Counted from the stretch's first letter, positions 20,703 to 31,046 are shown. The stretch: 64,000 nucleotides of DNA from Spirochaetota bacterium (GCA_029562645.1 JAKQUI010000030.1:35891-99890); one strand, 5' to 3'. Numbers and translations are program-made. The notes: generated by a model not told the origin, from the letters alone.

Positions 20703-21312
20703 CGACCTTGCCGCGCGTATCGGTGATGATGTTGCGCTCCACGATCTCGCGGAGCGTGAGTGAGCCGTTTTCGAACTTGATTACGTCTTTTTTGTCGATC
20801 CAGATATTGTAGATCTCCTGGCTCCCGGCGGCGCGCCACTGGAAACCGACCACCGCGCCCACCACCTCCGCCTCCGCGAAAATGGTTTTGCACGAGAAGA
20901 GCACATAGAGCACCTCCGACAGGTGCTTGTTGAAGAAGCTCAGGGCAATGCCGCGCCCGCTCGAGGACGCGAGGCTCGCATCCACCGGCAACTCCACGTC
21001 CAGCCCCAGGTAGAGCCTGGATTTGATGTTCTCGCGCTTGTCGAAATAAAAGCCGATGCAGTTCTTAAGGACCGCGTATTTCTTCTCTTCGATCATGTAG
21101 CGCGCGATGCCGAGGAGGTAGGTGCGGTATTTCCGGTGATAGACGACGCCGTTGGTCGTATACTGGTCCTCCTGGACCAGATACTGCTCGTAGGCCGAGC
21201 GCCCCGCACCCGCCTGCCGCGAGTAGTCGAGGATCACCTTCTCGCGCTCGTGCATCGTCTGGCACGAGGCCACCTGGACCAGCGTCATCAACAACAGCAG
21301 GGCTCGATACAT
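20686..21312 (-). CDS. Hypothetical lipoprotein
   Basis: MYRALLLLMTLVQVASCQ (signal plus Cys). No further motif. It overlaps the hisC end by 17 nt (convergent). Confidence 0.55.
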   Translation of the reverse strand: MYRALLLLMTLVQVASCQTMHEREKVILDYSRQAGAGRSAYEQYLVQEDQYTTNGVVYHRKYRTYLLGIARYMIEEKKYAVLKNCIGFYFDKRENIKSRLYLGLDVELPVDASLASSSGRGIALSFFNKHLSEVLYVLFSCKTIFAEAEVVGAVVGFQWRAAGSQEIYNIWIDKKDVIKFENGSLTLREIVERNIITDTRGKVVKLSQ

Positions 21313-21444
21313 GGGCGGTCGCTCCTTGAAATCAATGCGACCACGAGCATTCGCCCGGGCGCATTATTTTTCAAGCTTTTTATCGGATGGATCCCGGGTA
21401 AAATGTTTGATACTTACGCCGCCGAGCGGTAGCGTGGCCGCGCG

Positions 21445-22731
21445 ATGGCACATGCATGCACCAAACCTTTGCGCGCGATCCCGCGGCGCGTGATTCATCT
21501 CACGACCGCGCTTGCGATTGCGTGCGGCGCGATCGGCTGCGGCCACGCGCCGGTCCAGTACGACCTGCCGTCCGGAAGCAAGCGGCGCGTGCTCACGGGA
21601 CTCGAGGTCTTCATCGGCGAGCGCGCGAAAGACTATCGCGGCAGGACCGCCGCGCTGGTGAGCAACCACTCCGGAGTGGACCACTCCCTGCGCGCGAACG
21701 TGGAGCTCCTGCGCGCCTCCGGCATATCCATCGCCCTGGCCTTCGCGCCCGAGCACGGCCTGCACGGACACCAGAACGCCTACGACACCCGCGGCTATAT
21801 CGTCGACGAGCGGCGGAACCTCATGGTGTACAACCTGCACCTGCTCACGGTCGATTCGCTTCGGCATCTCCTGCGGCGCGTCGACCTCGTCATCTACGAC
21901 ATCCAGGACATGGGGATGCGCTGCTACACCTATGTCTCCGACCTCAAGATGGTCATGGACGCGCTTGCCGGCACCGGGACCGAGCTCGTGGTGCTGGACC
22001 GGCCCAACCCGCTGGGTTTTCTGGGAGTGGACGGACCGCCGCTGGACCGACGCTTCATCTCGCGGCACATCGCCTCCTTCCCGGCGCCGTTCATCTACGG
22101 CCTCACCATCGGCGAGGCGGCGCGCTACTACAACGGCGAGGCCGGCACAAAGGTGCGCCTCACGGTAGTGCCCATGAAGAACTATGGGCGCGGGCTTCTC
22201 TATCATGAGACCATGCTGCCGTGGGTGCCGCCGTCGCCGAACCTCCCGACCTACCCATCGTCCATCGTGTATGCCGGGATCGTGCTCCTCGAGGGGATCA
22301 ACCTGTCGGTGGGGCGCGGGACCACCAAGCCGTTCGAGTACATTGGCGCGCCGTGGATAGACCCCTTCCGTTCGAGCGAGGCGCTCAACGCGCTCAAGCT
22401 CCCGTCGTTCCGCTTCCGTCCCGTGTATTTCGAGCCGACCTTCTCCAAGTACAAGAACCGCACCTGCGGGGGCGTGCAGATTTTTTACACCGGCGGGCGC
22501 TTTAGTCCCACGGAGTTCACCTATATCCTTCTTCGGCACCTGTTCGACACCTACCCGGAATGCCGCTGGGAGCGCGCGGGCGGAACCTACGATATCGACG
22601 TTCTCGCGGGGACCGATCGCATACGAAAATTGGTTGATGCGAAACGCGACTGGCGCGACCTCGCCCGTGAGCTCGCCCCACAGCTCGACGCGTACCGGAA
22701 GACGAGCGCGCGATACCATCTGTATCGGTGA
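21445..22731 (+). CDS. DUF1343 family protein (exo-beta-N-acetylmuramidase NamZ-like), lipoprotein
   Basis: Signal LAIACGAIGCG. LTGLEVFIGE...ALVSNHSGVD...APEHGLHG is typical of DUF1343. Confidence 0.8.
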   Translation: MAHACTKPLRAIPRRVIHLTTALAIACGAIGCGHAPVQYDLPSGSKRRVLTGLEVFIGERAKDYRGRTAALVSNHSGVDHSLRANVELLRASGISIALAFAPEHGLHGHQNAYDTRGYIVDERRNLMVYNLHLLTVDSLRHLLRRVDLVIYDIQDMGMRCYTYVSDLKMVMDALAGTGTELVVLDRPNPLGFLGVDGPPLDRRFISRHIASFPAPFIYGLTIGEAARYYNGEAGTKVRLTVVPMKNYGRGLLYHETMLPWVPPSPNLPTYPSSIVYAGIVLLEGINLSVGRGTTKPFEYIGAPWIDPFRSSEALNALKLPSFRFRPVYFEPTFSKYKNRTCGGVQIFYTGGRFSPTEFTYILLRHLFDTYPECRWERAGGTYDIDVLAGTDRIRKLVDAKRDWRDLARELAPQLDAYRKTSARYHLYR

Positions 22732-22839
22732 TCGGCTGCCGCAGCCGCGAATACATGGATGTACTGTTCGCGGCGAGACGAGCGTGACATCATGCCGTCT
22801 CCCTCGGTGCTATTGGTGATGAATCCCTGAAACAGGCTA

Positions 22840-23373
22840 TTAGCGACCCGCCGCCTTAAGTTCGACCACCGCACAGTGGATGACAATACTGTTTTCCTTC
22901 GCAAAGTAATTAAAGGCGGGACCGTCGCCGTATTTGTAGGGGATGATCCGCACCGTCGCGTCGAAACGCACGCTCTTGGGCGCGCGCGCATAGGTGCGCT
23001 CGATCTGCCGGTCGGTGAAATCGCCCGCATCGATCCCGGCGAGACGCCTGCCCTTCGTGTAGAAGCGAAAGACGATGCGCGGTTCGTTCGCTCCTGGCGC
23101 GTAGCAGGCGGGCGCGAGATCGTTTGCCGTCGATCCCTTCGGCTTCACAAAGACGCAACCGCCCTGCACCTTCACCATCGTCCCCGGCGCAAAGGCCTTC
23201 GCGAGATCCGCGAAGGCTTTTTTCCTCAGATCATCTACGCAGACCGCGCAGCCCTCGTCGACGCTCTCGGCGATGAGCGCGATCGCCTTCGTCGGGGGCG
23301 CAAACCCGATCGGCGCCGCCGCCGCGAGAAACGCGACACACGCGAAAATGGAAGCACATACTCTTATCATCAT
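22840..23373 (-). CDS. Secreted hypothetical protein, translationally coupled to the upstream hydrolase gene
   Basis: MMIRVCASIFACVAFLAAAAPIG signal. The start overlaps the hydrolase stop (TAATG). The rest of track ORF 22840-24243 is out of frame over the hydrolase gene. Confidence 0.55.
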   Translation of the reverse strand: MMIRVCASIFACVAFLAAAAPIGFAPPTKAIALIAESVDEGCAVCVDDLRKKAFADLAKAFAPGTMVKVQGGCVFVKPKGSTANDLAPACYAPGANEPRIVFRFYTKGRRLAGIDAGDFTDRQIERTYARAPKSVRFDATVRIIPYKYGDGPAFNYFAKENSIVIHCAVVELKAAGR

Positions 23374-24224
23374 TACTCCACCGCCGTTCTTCTCTTTTTG
23401 ATTCCGACATATGTTTCGATAAAATCCCGAATGCCGCGTTCGTATTCGCGCATCGAGGTGATGAATCCCGTATTGTGCGATCCGCGGATCTCCAGGAATC
23501 GCTTGGGGCCCGGCGCCTCGGCATAGAGGCGCTGTCCCTTCGAAAAGTGGATGAGCTCGTCCTCGCGGCTGTGGATCACCATGACGGGACAGCGCGCGCC
23601 CTTTACGTACGCGCGCGTATCGTACCGATAGGTGAGGATGATCCAGCCGAGCGGATAATACAGGCAGCTCTGCCGCGCAACGTCGGCGATCGCGGTGAAC
23701 GTGGAGTCGAGGATGAGCGCGCCGGGCCCGGGAGCCGCCTCCCGCGCGAGCCACGCGGCGACCGATCCCCCCAGCGATTGCCCGAAGACGACGATGCGAC
23801 CGGGCGCGATCCCGCGCTCCTTCGTGAGATAGGCCCATGCGGCGCGCGCGTCCTCGTAGGTGCCGCGCTCGCTGGGAGAGCCCTCGCTTTTCCCGAAGCC
23901 GCGATAATCGACGATGAACACGCTCACGCCCATGCGGTGGAAGAGCGCGAGGTGGTCGGCGCGATGGGAATTGTTGCCCGCGTTCCCGTGAAAGAAGAGC
24001 GCCACCGGCGCGCCATCGCCCGCGGGAACCCACCAGGCGTTGATGCGAACGCGGTCGGCCGTGGTGAGCGTAATCGACTCGTAGGCGAGCCCGTAGGCGT
24101 TGGGATAGCGGACGATCGCGCGATCGGGATAGTAGACGAACGAGGACTGGCAGCCGGCGCCGGCCCACAGGGCGATCGCGACAAGAACTACAAACGGGCG
24201 GAACCAGCGACGATAATGCTTCAC
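23373..24224 (-). CDS. Alpha/beta-fold hydrolase (serine hydrolase)
   Basis: FFHGNAGN oxyanion region, GxSxG elbow GQSLGGS, VDYRGFGKSEG, and an N-terminal signal/lipobox AGAGCQ. Confidence 0.8.
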   Translation of the reverse strand: MKHYRRWFRPFVVLVAIALWAGAGCQSSFVYYPDRAIVRYPNAYGLAYESITLTTADRVRINAWWVPAGDGAPVALFFHGNAGNNSHRADHLALFHRMGVSVFIVDYRGFGKSEGSPSERGTYEDARAAWAYLTKERGIAPGRIVVFGQSLGGSVAAWLAREAAPGPGALILDSTFTAIADVARQSCLYYPLGWIILTYRYDTRAYVKGARCPVMVIHSREDELIHFSKGQRLYAEAPGPKRFLEIRGSHNTGFITSMREYERGIRDFIETYVGIKKRRTAVE

Positions 24225-24286
24225 GGCAACACCCCCAAATCATCGAGGCCGTATTGTTTTACGAACGCGCGCCGATGCGCGATCCG

Positions 24287-26197
24287 TCAAAAGAACAGAT
24301 TATACGACAGGCCGGCCACCGAATCCGTGTAGCCGAAGGTTATCGTATGCTTGAGCTCGAGCGACACGGCATTGTTCGCGTTTATCCGAAACTGCTGATT
24401 TAAAAATGCCGAGAATTCGCCATGGACATCCCCAACGCCAAAGTACACATACCGAAGCCCCAGCTGATATTTCCACGTCCCGCGGACCTCGTTGAGCACT
24501 CCCACCGACGCGCCCACTCCCGCGCAATAGGCGTATCGCAGCTTGTAGCCCGCATCGGCCTCGAGGTCGGCCATGAAAAATATCAGGCCCGGCACACGGA
24601 TGTCCCACGCGGCTCCGGCGCCGCCGCTGAGGCGGAACACGAGATCGTCGCGACCGTCGCTCATCACCTTCTGAAAGAGGCCGGTGTTCACCTTCCACGA
24701 GATGGGGGTAATGAAGCGGTCGCGCGCCGAGATGGACTGGATGTCGATCGCGTTCAGGTATTGCAATACGAAGATGTTGCGCGTATCGTAGTAGCGCACG
24801 GCGACATCGCCCAGCACGATCTGCCCGCCGCGCACATACCCACCGTCGAAGTCCGAGAGCGCATGGTACGACGGCCGATAGCGGATCTCCTGAAAGAACT
24901 CCGCCCCGCGCACGCCGACGCCAAGATTGACCCGGTCGCTTTCGTGACCGGTCGTGGGCTCGGGCGGCGCGACATAGGAATACTCCGAGAGCTCCGGGCG
25001 GCCGAGCTCGCTTCGCGCGCGAAGGGTTTTGATGAACAGGCTGGAGTACTCGGCCTTGGTGATGTCGTCCTTCGAATACTTGTACTGGACGTATTCCGAA
25101 AGGAAATCGACCGTCCGGATCCTCCCCTCGAGGGGAAGCGGGCCCTTCACGATATCGTCCATCGGGCGCTTGCCCGCAAACACGGCCTCGGCGAGCTCGC
25201 GCTCGTCCTCGCTCATCAGCGACGCGATGTGCCTGATCTTGTTCACCTGCGAGGGGCGGTAAATGGCGGAATCGACCAGGCCGGTGCGGTGCACCGCGCG
25301 GATGGTGTCCAGCGGAATGGTCCAGAACGGATAATCGTCGGTGAGCCGCACCGTGGGGCGCGCCAGCTCCAAAAGGAACAACAGCTTGAACGAGCAGTTC
25401 TCGTCGAAGAAGAAGTAATCGGACGCGATGTAATCCATCTCGAAAACGTGGAGCATCATCCGGCGCGTCTCCGCCTCGGTGAGCGTGAGCGGATACTCCC
25501 ACATGTCGCGGAAATCGAAATCGCTGTACTCGGCGATCTTGGAATAGTAGGGCAGCACCGAGAAATACCCGGGATAAAACCCGAAGAGCCCCTTGAGGGC
25601 GTAGAGCGGTCCGAAGTTCTCGTCCCCCGTTACGGCGGAGTAGTTGATGGCGTAGGCCAGGAGCTTGCTCCGGGTGGCCGTCTCCACGATGAGCAGCGTG
25701 TGTCCGTACATCGACGCCGGGCTGTTGATGTGCGAGGTGGGAAAGATGAGCGTGGTGGACTTCGGCTTCATGTTCGCCAGCATGGTATCCACTTTCTTGC
25801 AGCGCTTCACCGGCAGGCGGTCCTCGTCGATAGCGAGCTGCTCCGTGAGCCAGGTGAAGCGCGCGACGAACTTGCACACCGGATGCTCGTCCTCGATGAT
25901 GGGCGTCTGGAAAAACGCGCGGATGGTCGCCTCAAGCTCGGCGCGGGGGTCGCGCTTCCCATTGGGGGCGAGAAAGAACTTCGGATCGTCCACCAGGCTC
26001 CGCAGTCCGAACACGCCGCGCTTGTAGTGCAGCAGGAGGTGCCAGTAGCGCTCGTCGTGGAGCCGCTTCTTGACCGCCAGATCCACGAGGTAGTTCTGAT
26101 AGGCGACTGTGTCATCGGCGCGCGCCGCCGACACCGGGACACAGAGCGAAAGAAGGGCCGCAAGAAAAAACAAAGGGGACATGACATGTTTTCGCAT
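24287..26197 (-). CDS. DUF4105 (Lnb N-terminal domain) protein with a C-terminal beta-barrel-like region; probable outer-membrane protein
   Basis: Signal peptide. YWHLLLHYKRG...DDPKFFLAPNGKRDPRAELEATIRAFF...HPVCKFVARFTWL. The C-terminus alternates hydrophobic residues and ends YNLFF (terminal Phe). Confidence 0.75.
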   Translation of the reverse strand: MRKHVMSPLFFLAALLSLCVPVSAARADDTVAYQNYLVDLAVKKRLHDERYWHLLLHYKRGVFGLRSLVDDPKFFLAPNGKRDPRAELEATIRAFFQTPIIEDEHPVCKFVARFTWLTEQLAIDEDRLPVKRCKKVDTMLANMKPKSTTLIFPTSHINSPASMYGHTLLIVETATRSKLLAYAINYSAVTGDENFGPLYALKGLFGFYPGYFSVLPYYSKIAEYSDFDFRDMWEYPLTLTEAETRRMMLHVFEMDYIASDYFFFDENCSFKLLFLLELARPTVRLTDDYPFWTIPLDTIRAVHRTGLVDSAIYRPSQVNKIRHIASLMSEDERELAEAVFAGKRPMDDIVKGPLPLEGRIRTVDFLSEYVQYKYSKDDITKAEYSSLFIKTLRARSELGRPELSEYSYVAPPEPTTGHESDRVNLGVGVRGAEFFQEIRYRPSYHALSDFDGGYVRGGQIVLGDVAVRYYDTRNIFVLQYLNAIDIQSISARDRFITPISWKVNTGLFQKVMSDGRDDLVFRLSGGAGAAWDIRVPGLIFFMADLEADAGYKLRYAYCAGVGASVGVLNEVRGTWKYQLGLRYVYFGVGDVHGEFSAFLNQQFRINANNAVSLELKHTITFGYTDSVAGLSYNLFF

Positions 26198-26244
26198 CTC
26201 ATATCCCCCTGATTACAATACCAATTACAGTTAGTACCGAACGC

Positions 26245-26706
26245 CTAGTTCATGACCTTCTCGATGTTGTTCAGAACGTCGACATGGGTGATCTTTTCAG
26301 AGGTGTAGATCTTGCCGAAGTTGTTCTGCAGCTTGCCATAGAACTGGCCGCGGACCGGCTCCTTGACTTCCATGAGCACCGCGAGGGTGTTCAGGTACTC
26401 GCCGTTGCCCTTCGCGATGTCCTTCGCGAGGTTGTCCATGTTGTCGGCGACGAACTTGTTGATCTTCTCATTGGAGACGATGCCCTTGAACTGTTCGCAG
26501 TTCGAGGTGCCGGTGGTGATGCCGAAGGTCTGATTCGCGCAGGTGCCGTTGAAGGTCACGGCGCAGGTCTGCGAAAGGAGGCCGTCCTTCCCCTTGAAAA
26601 TGATCGAACCGAGACCGCACCCGTAGTTGTTCTGACCGGCGAACAGTTCGGTGCCAACGGAAATGGCGACAACAGCGGCTAAAGCGATGACAAGAAATTT
26701 CTTCAT
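26245..26706 (-). CDS. DUF3015 family secreted protein
   Basis: MKKFLVIALAAVVAISVG signal. YGCGLGSIIF, QTFGITTGTSNC, DNLAKDIAKGNGEYLNTLAVLM. Confidence 0.75.
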   Translation of the reverse strand: MKKFLVIALAAVVAISVGTELFAGQNNYGCGLGSIIFKGKDGLLSQTCAVTFNGTCANQTFGITTGTSNCEQFKGIVSNEKINKFVADNMDNLAKDIAKGNGEYLNTLAVLMEVKEPVRGQFYGKLQNNFGKIYTSEKITHVDVLNNIEKVMN

Positions 26707-26986
26707 GAAAAACCTCCGATAATTGATTTTACCCGTACGATAACAGTTCCCGAACGGGTCATACAGACTGGCTAGAATTTGAAAACATGTCAACAACTTT
26801 ATAATGTTTCAATCAGTTGAAAAACCGGGTTCGCCAGCGAGCACTATCATGCTTCATTGAATATCGATACATGGTTAGCATAATGTATTGACAAAATGAT
26901 CGCCCCATATCAAGATTGGATCAAATCATAAATCCGCATTCCCATGTAGCGACAATATGTTTCCGACTATTTTCAAGGAGTACGCT

Positions 26987-27607
26987 ATGAAGAAAACGAT
27001 AGCTGGCATGATCATCATTGCCATATTCGGCTCGTTCGCGCTTTCGTGCAAATACGCCGACTGCCGAATCGTGAAGCCCAATCAGGTCAAGAAGATGAAG
27101 CGCTTCGCGATGTTCCCGCTTAAGAGCGAGAACGAAACCCTGGGGACCGAGATCGCCAACAATTTCGAGATGTACCTTGCGGGCAAAAGCGATGCCGGGA
27201 CCGAATTTGAATTCGTCGAGCGGTCGCAGCTCCAGAAGCTCCTCAAGGAACAAAACCTGACCATGGCCGGCGTCGTGGACAATCCTTCGCTCATGGCCGG
27301 CAAGGTGAAAGGGGTCGATGCGATCCTCATCGGGACCGTGCGTCTCAAGACCCTGAGCGAGGCCGGACAGACCTGCGGCCAGCAGGCGCTGGGGTGCATC
27401 TCGCTCGGAATGTATCGGCCAAAAACATATGCCGAGACGTCCATTTATCCGGCATCCGTTTCCGTTAAACTGGTGGACGTTCAGTCCGGCGTCGTACTCG
27501 CCTATCTGAATTACGAAAAGGACAGTTTTTCGGAAGCGAAGTTCGTCGGGGAGGAAATGGCAAAGGCATTTTACACCAGAATTAACGCGCTGACCGCGCA
27601 AAGATAA
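26987..27607 (+). CDS. LpoB/CsgG-N/FlgO-like lipoprotein
   Basis: Lipobox FALSCK. FAMFPLKSENETLGTEIANNF...FVERSQLQKLLKEQNLTMAGVVD...VKGVDAILIGTV. Confidence 0.7.
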   Translation: MKKTIAGMIIIAIFGSFALSCKYADCRIVKPNQVKKMKRFAMFPLKSENETLGTEIANNFEMYLAGKSDAGTEFEFVERSQLQKLLKEQNLTMAGVVDNPSLMAGKVKGVDAILIGTVRLKTLSEAGQTCGQQALGCISLGMYRPKTYAETSIYPASVSVKLVDVQSGVVLAYLNYEKDSFSEAKFVGEEMAKAFYTRINALTAQR

Positions 27608-27629
27608 TCCGGAACTTACGGCCGTATAG

Positions 27630-27661
27630 AAAAAGGACCGCGATAGTCGCGGTCCTTTTTT
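27630..27661. terminator. Bidirectional rho-independent terminator
   Basis: AAAAA-GGACCGCGA-TAG-TCGCGGTCC-TTTTTT: a perfect 9-bp stem flanked by A and T runs, between convergent genes. Confidence 0.75.
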
Positions 27662-27716
27662 ATGCCCACCCGCACCTGCTTGTAGCGCCGCGGGTCAAGC
27701 CGACGCTTCCCCACCG

Positions 27717-28538
27717 CTACCCCATCCGCTCCCGCAGCGCCGATACGGGGATGGAGAGCATCACCGTGGTGTTGTTCGCCGAAATAATGGAGATGGACCG
27801 GTCGGCGTCCAGGCCCATGCTTGTCAGGAAGCTGTCGATTTTCGCATAGCCCAGGCCGAATCCCGAGTCGCTGGTGTCGATATTGTTGATGAAGAACTCG
27901 TACTCGCGCCCCTCCATCCGGTACTGTCGGTACTCGTCGCGCTTTTCGTGAATGCGGTTCATGTCCTGCGTCATGATGGGCGCGGTATTGGTCACCTCGA
28001 TATAGATGAAGTCGCCGTCGTACTCGATCTTCAACAGTATCTTGATGTCGCGCTCCTTCATCTCGGTGCGAATGCGCGTTAGCTTGTCGAGGGTCCCGAT
28101 ACTCGCGCGCTCCTCCGCGGTAACGGCGCGGTGCTCGTCGTACGAGCGGTTCTTGATGGAGAGCTGCTGCGACTCCTGGTTCAGGATCTCGCGCACCGTC
28201 TGCGAAATCTCCTCGCTCGAAACGATCCGCGAGGCGATGCGGTCGAACATCTTCTTGTCCTTGATGATATCGTATGTCTGCCGCTTGATATCATCCGCGT
28301 CGCGGCCCGGATTGTCGCGGATCAGGTCCTCCTGAATGCGGTCCATGATGAGCAAAAACTTGTAGTTCGCCTTCACCGCGTTCTTGATCAGCTCGTCCAC
28401 GCACGCGAACACGTCCTCCGCGCAATCGGCGATGCCGGCCTCGTTGAAAAACTCGGAGCCGATGCCCACGATCTGGTCGCGCGCCTTTCGGCTGTACACC
28501 CGGATGATCCCCGTTACCTTTTTCTTGTTGTTGCCCAT
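27717..28538 (-). CDS. GHKL-type (anti-sigma-kinase-like) ATPase-fold protein with a degenerate ATP-binding G1 box and a long insertion
   Basis: N-box VDELIKNAVKAN. VTNTAP sits where DxGxG is expected. G2-like SGFGLGYAKI. About 90 aa of charged insertion lie between the N-box and the G1 position. Confidence 0.7.
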   Translation of the reverse strand: MGNNKKKVTGIIRVYSRKARDQIVGIGSEFFNEAGIADCAEDVFACVDELIKNAVKANYKFLLIMDRIQEDLIRDNPGRDADDIKRQTYDIIKDKKMFDRIASRIVSSEEISQTVREILNQESQQLSIKNRSYDEHRAVTAEERASIGTLDKLTRIRTEMKERDIKILLKIEYDGDFIYIEVTNTAPIMTQDMNRIHEKRDEYRQYRMEGREYEFFINNIDTSDSGFGLGYAKIDSFLTSMGLDADRSISIISANNTTVMLSIPVSALRERMG

Positions 28539-28566
28539 GCGCTATCGCACCCCGCCCCGACGAATC

Positions 28567-31026
28567 CTAGGTATTGAGAAAGTCCATGAACCGCTTCAAC
28601 TCCTCCGGCATGTTGCCGGGATCGTCGAGATACTTCTTGAATTTCCGCTTGTACCCCTCGACCGTGCGGGTGTTCACGTTCTTGAAGCGGACGGCCGTTT
28701 CGGCAAAGGCCGGCATGGTCTCCAGCTTCGTCCGGACCTCCTTCTTGAACGGTATGTTTTTATAAAAGATATCGCGCACCACGTTGTTGAGCTTCGGGGT
28801 GCCGTCCTTCTCGAAGAGCACCCAGAGCATGTAATCGTAGGCGAACTTGCTCCGGTCGTCCCGCAGGCTCTTGAACTTCTCCTTGATCTTCTCCTTCGCC
28901 TCGATGGAGAGGTTCGGGTTTTTCTTGAAAAACTGGACGTAATCGAGGTAGATCCCGGTGATCCCGCCCTCGACGGGATCGCGCCACATTGCGCCGGTGA
29001 TGGTTCGATTGAGCTCGTAGCGGAACACCGCAAAGGTGTGCGCCATCGCCTTGATGAGATCGCCCATGAACAGGATGGGGACCACGATGCGTCCGCGCGA
29101 TTTCCGGTTGATGCCCTCGAGGTCCTGCCACATCATCGTCTTCGAGCCGAAGGCGGGCAGGATGATGAAGTTGGGCACCACCTCCTGTTTGATGAGCTCG
29201 CGCCGCTCGCCGAGGTCGATGGAGGCCTCGCGGTAGAACACGGAGTAATCGACATCGCGCAGCTCCTTGATCACCGACTCGAGCTTGCGCTTGGAGACAT
29301 ACAGGTTCGTGAGCCCGGTTTTGACCACCATCGCGGTAAGCACCGGGAAGGCGGTCGCGGTCGATCCCGAGCACACCGCGACGGTCCTCTGGACGCGCTG
29401 CTCGATCTCGTAGAAGGTCTTCTTGACTCCATCGTCGACGTCCGGCGCCTTCTTCTTGTCCTTGGGCGTGGGCGCCTTCCCCTCCTCCTTGAGGTGCTGC
29501 TCGTAGGTGAGTCCCATCTCATTGATGCTGGGGATGTCCTGTCCGGTGTTCACGCGCATCAGGAACTCTTCCTCGAGATGGATGGGGATCTCCGTGCGCT
29601 CGACGTGCCGGTTGATAAGCTCGTGCAGCTCCACCAGCTGCTGCGGCTCCACCAGCGTCTCGTCCAGGAAACCGAAGCGGATCATCTGGCGCACCGGAAG
29701 CGGCGCGACGCCCTCGCTGCGGCTCCTGATGTAGGCCTGCTTGTAGAGGTCCCAGTAGGCCTTGGTGATGGTGCGCCGCACCTTCCGCCCGTCGATCTCG
29801 GTGTTGAAGGGGTTCTTCATCTCCTTGAAGGTCTTGAGGGCCTGAAGGAGTATCTTCTGATTTTCCTTGTCGAAGAGCGCAAACTCGAAGATCTGATGGA
29901 TGGAATTCTTGTACTCCTTCCCGATCGACGGCGCGATGGCGGCCTGGCGCTGCTGGGCCGGAGCGGCCTCGCCGCCGCTGTCCTTGCGCGACTGGTACAG
30001 CTCGTGGAGCCGCTTCAGGCCGGGATAATTCTCGACGATCTTCTCCCCGGAGATCTCCTCGTAGAACTCGTTGATCTTCATCGCGACCGTGAGGAGGTTC
30101 TTCAGAAAATCGGGAGAGAGCTTCCCGGTGGAGGCCCATCGGTCCAGCCCCTTGCCGTCGGCAAGATACATGGCCCAACTCTCCTCCTCGCCGAAGAGGT
30201 GGGCGATCTGCTCGTCGATCTCCTTGTGCACGTTCTCGATGCGGTCGAGTATCTTGATGAGATTGTCCGACGCGGTCTCGAAGATATAGGTGGCGATGTT
30301 CGGGTCGCTGCGCATGGAGGACTTGACGATCTCCTGTCCCGCCCCCATCAGGCGCTTGAAGAAGGAGCACTGCTTGAGGTCGGCGATCGACTCGAGGGGC
30401 AGCCCCGGGAACACGTACTTCTTGCGCAGCGCGGCGCTGTTGTCGGACACGAGGAACTTGCCGTCGAACGACAGCGGCAGCTCGCCGCCGTGCTCGGTGA
30501 AGGTCCCGTAGAGCTCGTCGGCGTGGTTCAGCAGGCCCTCGGGGAGCTTGTGGTCGCCGATGCTGCTGGCCATAATGGCGATGTTATCGCTGATCTTGCA
30601 GAGGTTCTGGTAGAGCTTCATGTACTTGGCGGCATCGGTGAGGGAAAGGTCGATCCGCTTGACGAGGTTATCGAGCACCCCCAGGGCGAGCGAGAGGTTC
30701 TCGTCGATCATCTGGCGGAAGCCGCCCTCGCGGATGGGGTATTTCGTCACTACCGAATCCTCGAGCGCCCGGATCGACTTGGTGTAGGGCTGGCTGAAGA
30801 CGAGACTCAAGCCGGACACCAGCGAGCGCCCGCTGATGGTGCCCACTCGGCGGCTGTAGGCGATGATAGTGTCGGCGTCCTTGCCGTTGAACTCCTTGGG
30901 CGCCGAGAGGATCTCAAGCGACCCCTTCTCCAGAAAGTGGACAAACCGCGGCTCGTCGCCCTGCACGACCAGGAACGCCCCCTTGCGGAGCGTCTCGGCG
31001 TTTTTTCCCGATGCGATCTCAGCCAT
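28567..31026 (-). CDS. Large (820 aa) cytoplasmic protein with an N-terminal cNMP-binding-like (CAP effector) domain; the remainder is uncharacterised
   Basis: LRKGAFLVVQGDEPRFVHFLEKGSLEIL...GTISGRSLVSG...YTKSIRALEDSVV resembles a cNMP-binding beta-barrel with a degenerate phosphate cassette. ATG 31026; an alternative upstream start is at 31077. Confidence 0.7.
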   Translation of the reverse strand: MAEIASGKNAETLRKGAFLVVQGDEPRFVHFLEKGSLEILSAPKEFNGKDADTIIAYSRRVGTISGRSLVSGLSLVFSQPYTKSIRALEDSVVTKYPIREGGFRQMIDENLSLALGVLDNLVKRIDLSLTDAAKYMKLYQNLCKISDNIAIMASSIGDHKLPEGLLNHADELYGTFTEHGGELPLSFDGKFLVSDNSAALRKKYVFPGLPLESIADLKQCSFFKRLMGAGQEIVKSSMRSDPNIATYIFETASDNLIKILDRIENVHKEIDEQIAHLFGEEESWAMYLADGKGLDRWASTGKLSPDFLKNLLTVAMKINEFYEEISGEKIVENYPGLKRLHELYQSRKDSGGEAAPAQQRQAAIAPSIGKEYKNSIHQIFEFALFDKENQKILLQALKTFKEMKNPFNTEIDGRKVRRTITKAYWDLYKQAYIRSRSEGVAPLPVRQMIRFGFLDETLVEPQQLVELHELINRHVERTEIPIHLEEEFLMRVNTGQDIPSINEMGLTYEQHLKEEGKAPTPKDKKKAPDVDDGVKKTFYEIEQRVQRTVAVCSGSTATAFPVLTAMVVKTGLTNLYVSKRKLESVIKELRDVDYSVFYREASIDLGERRELIKQEVVPNFIILPAFGSKTMMWQDLEGINRKSRGRIVVPILFMGDLIKAMAHTFAVFRYELNRTITGAMWRDPVEGGITGIYLDYVQFFKKNPNLSIEAKEKIKEKFKSLRDDRSKFAYDYMLWVLFEKDGTPKLNNVVRDIFYKNIPFKKEVRTKLETMPAFAETAVRFKNVNTRTVEGYKRKFKKYLDDPGNMPEELKRFMDFLNT

Positions 31027-31046
31027 GGTCCCGCCCGTACCGTCGC

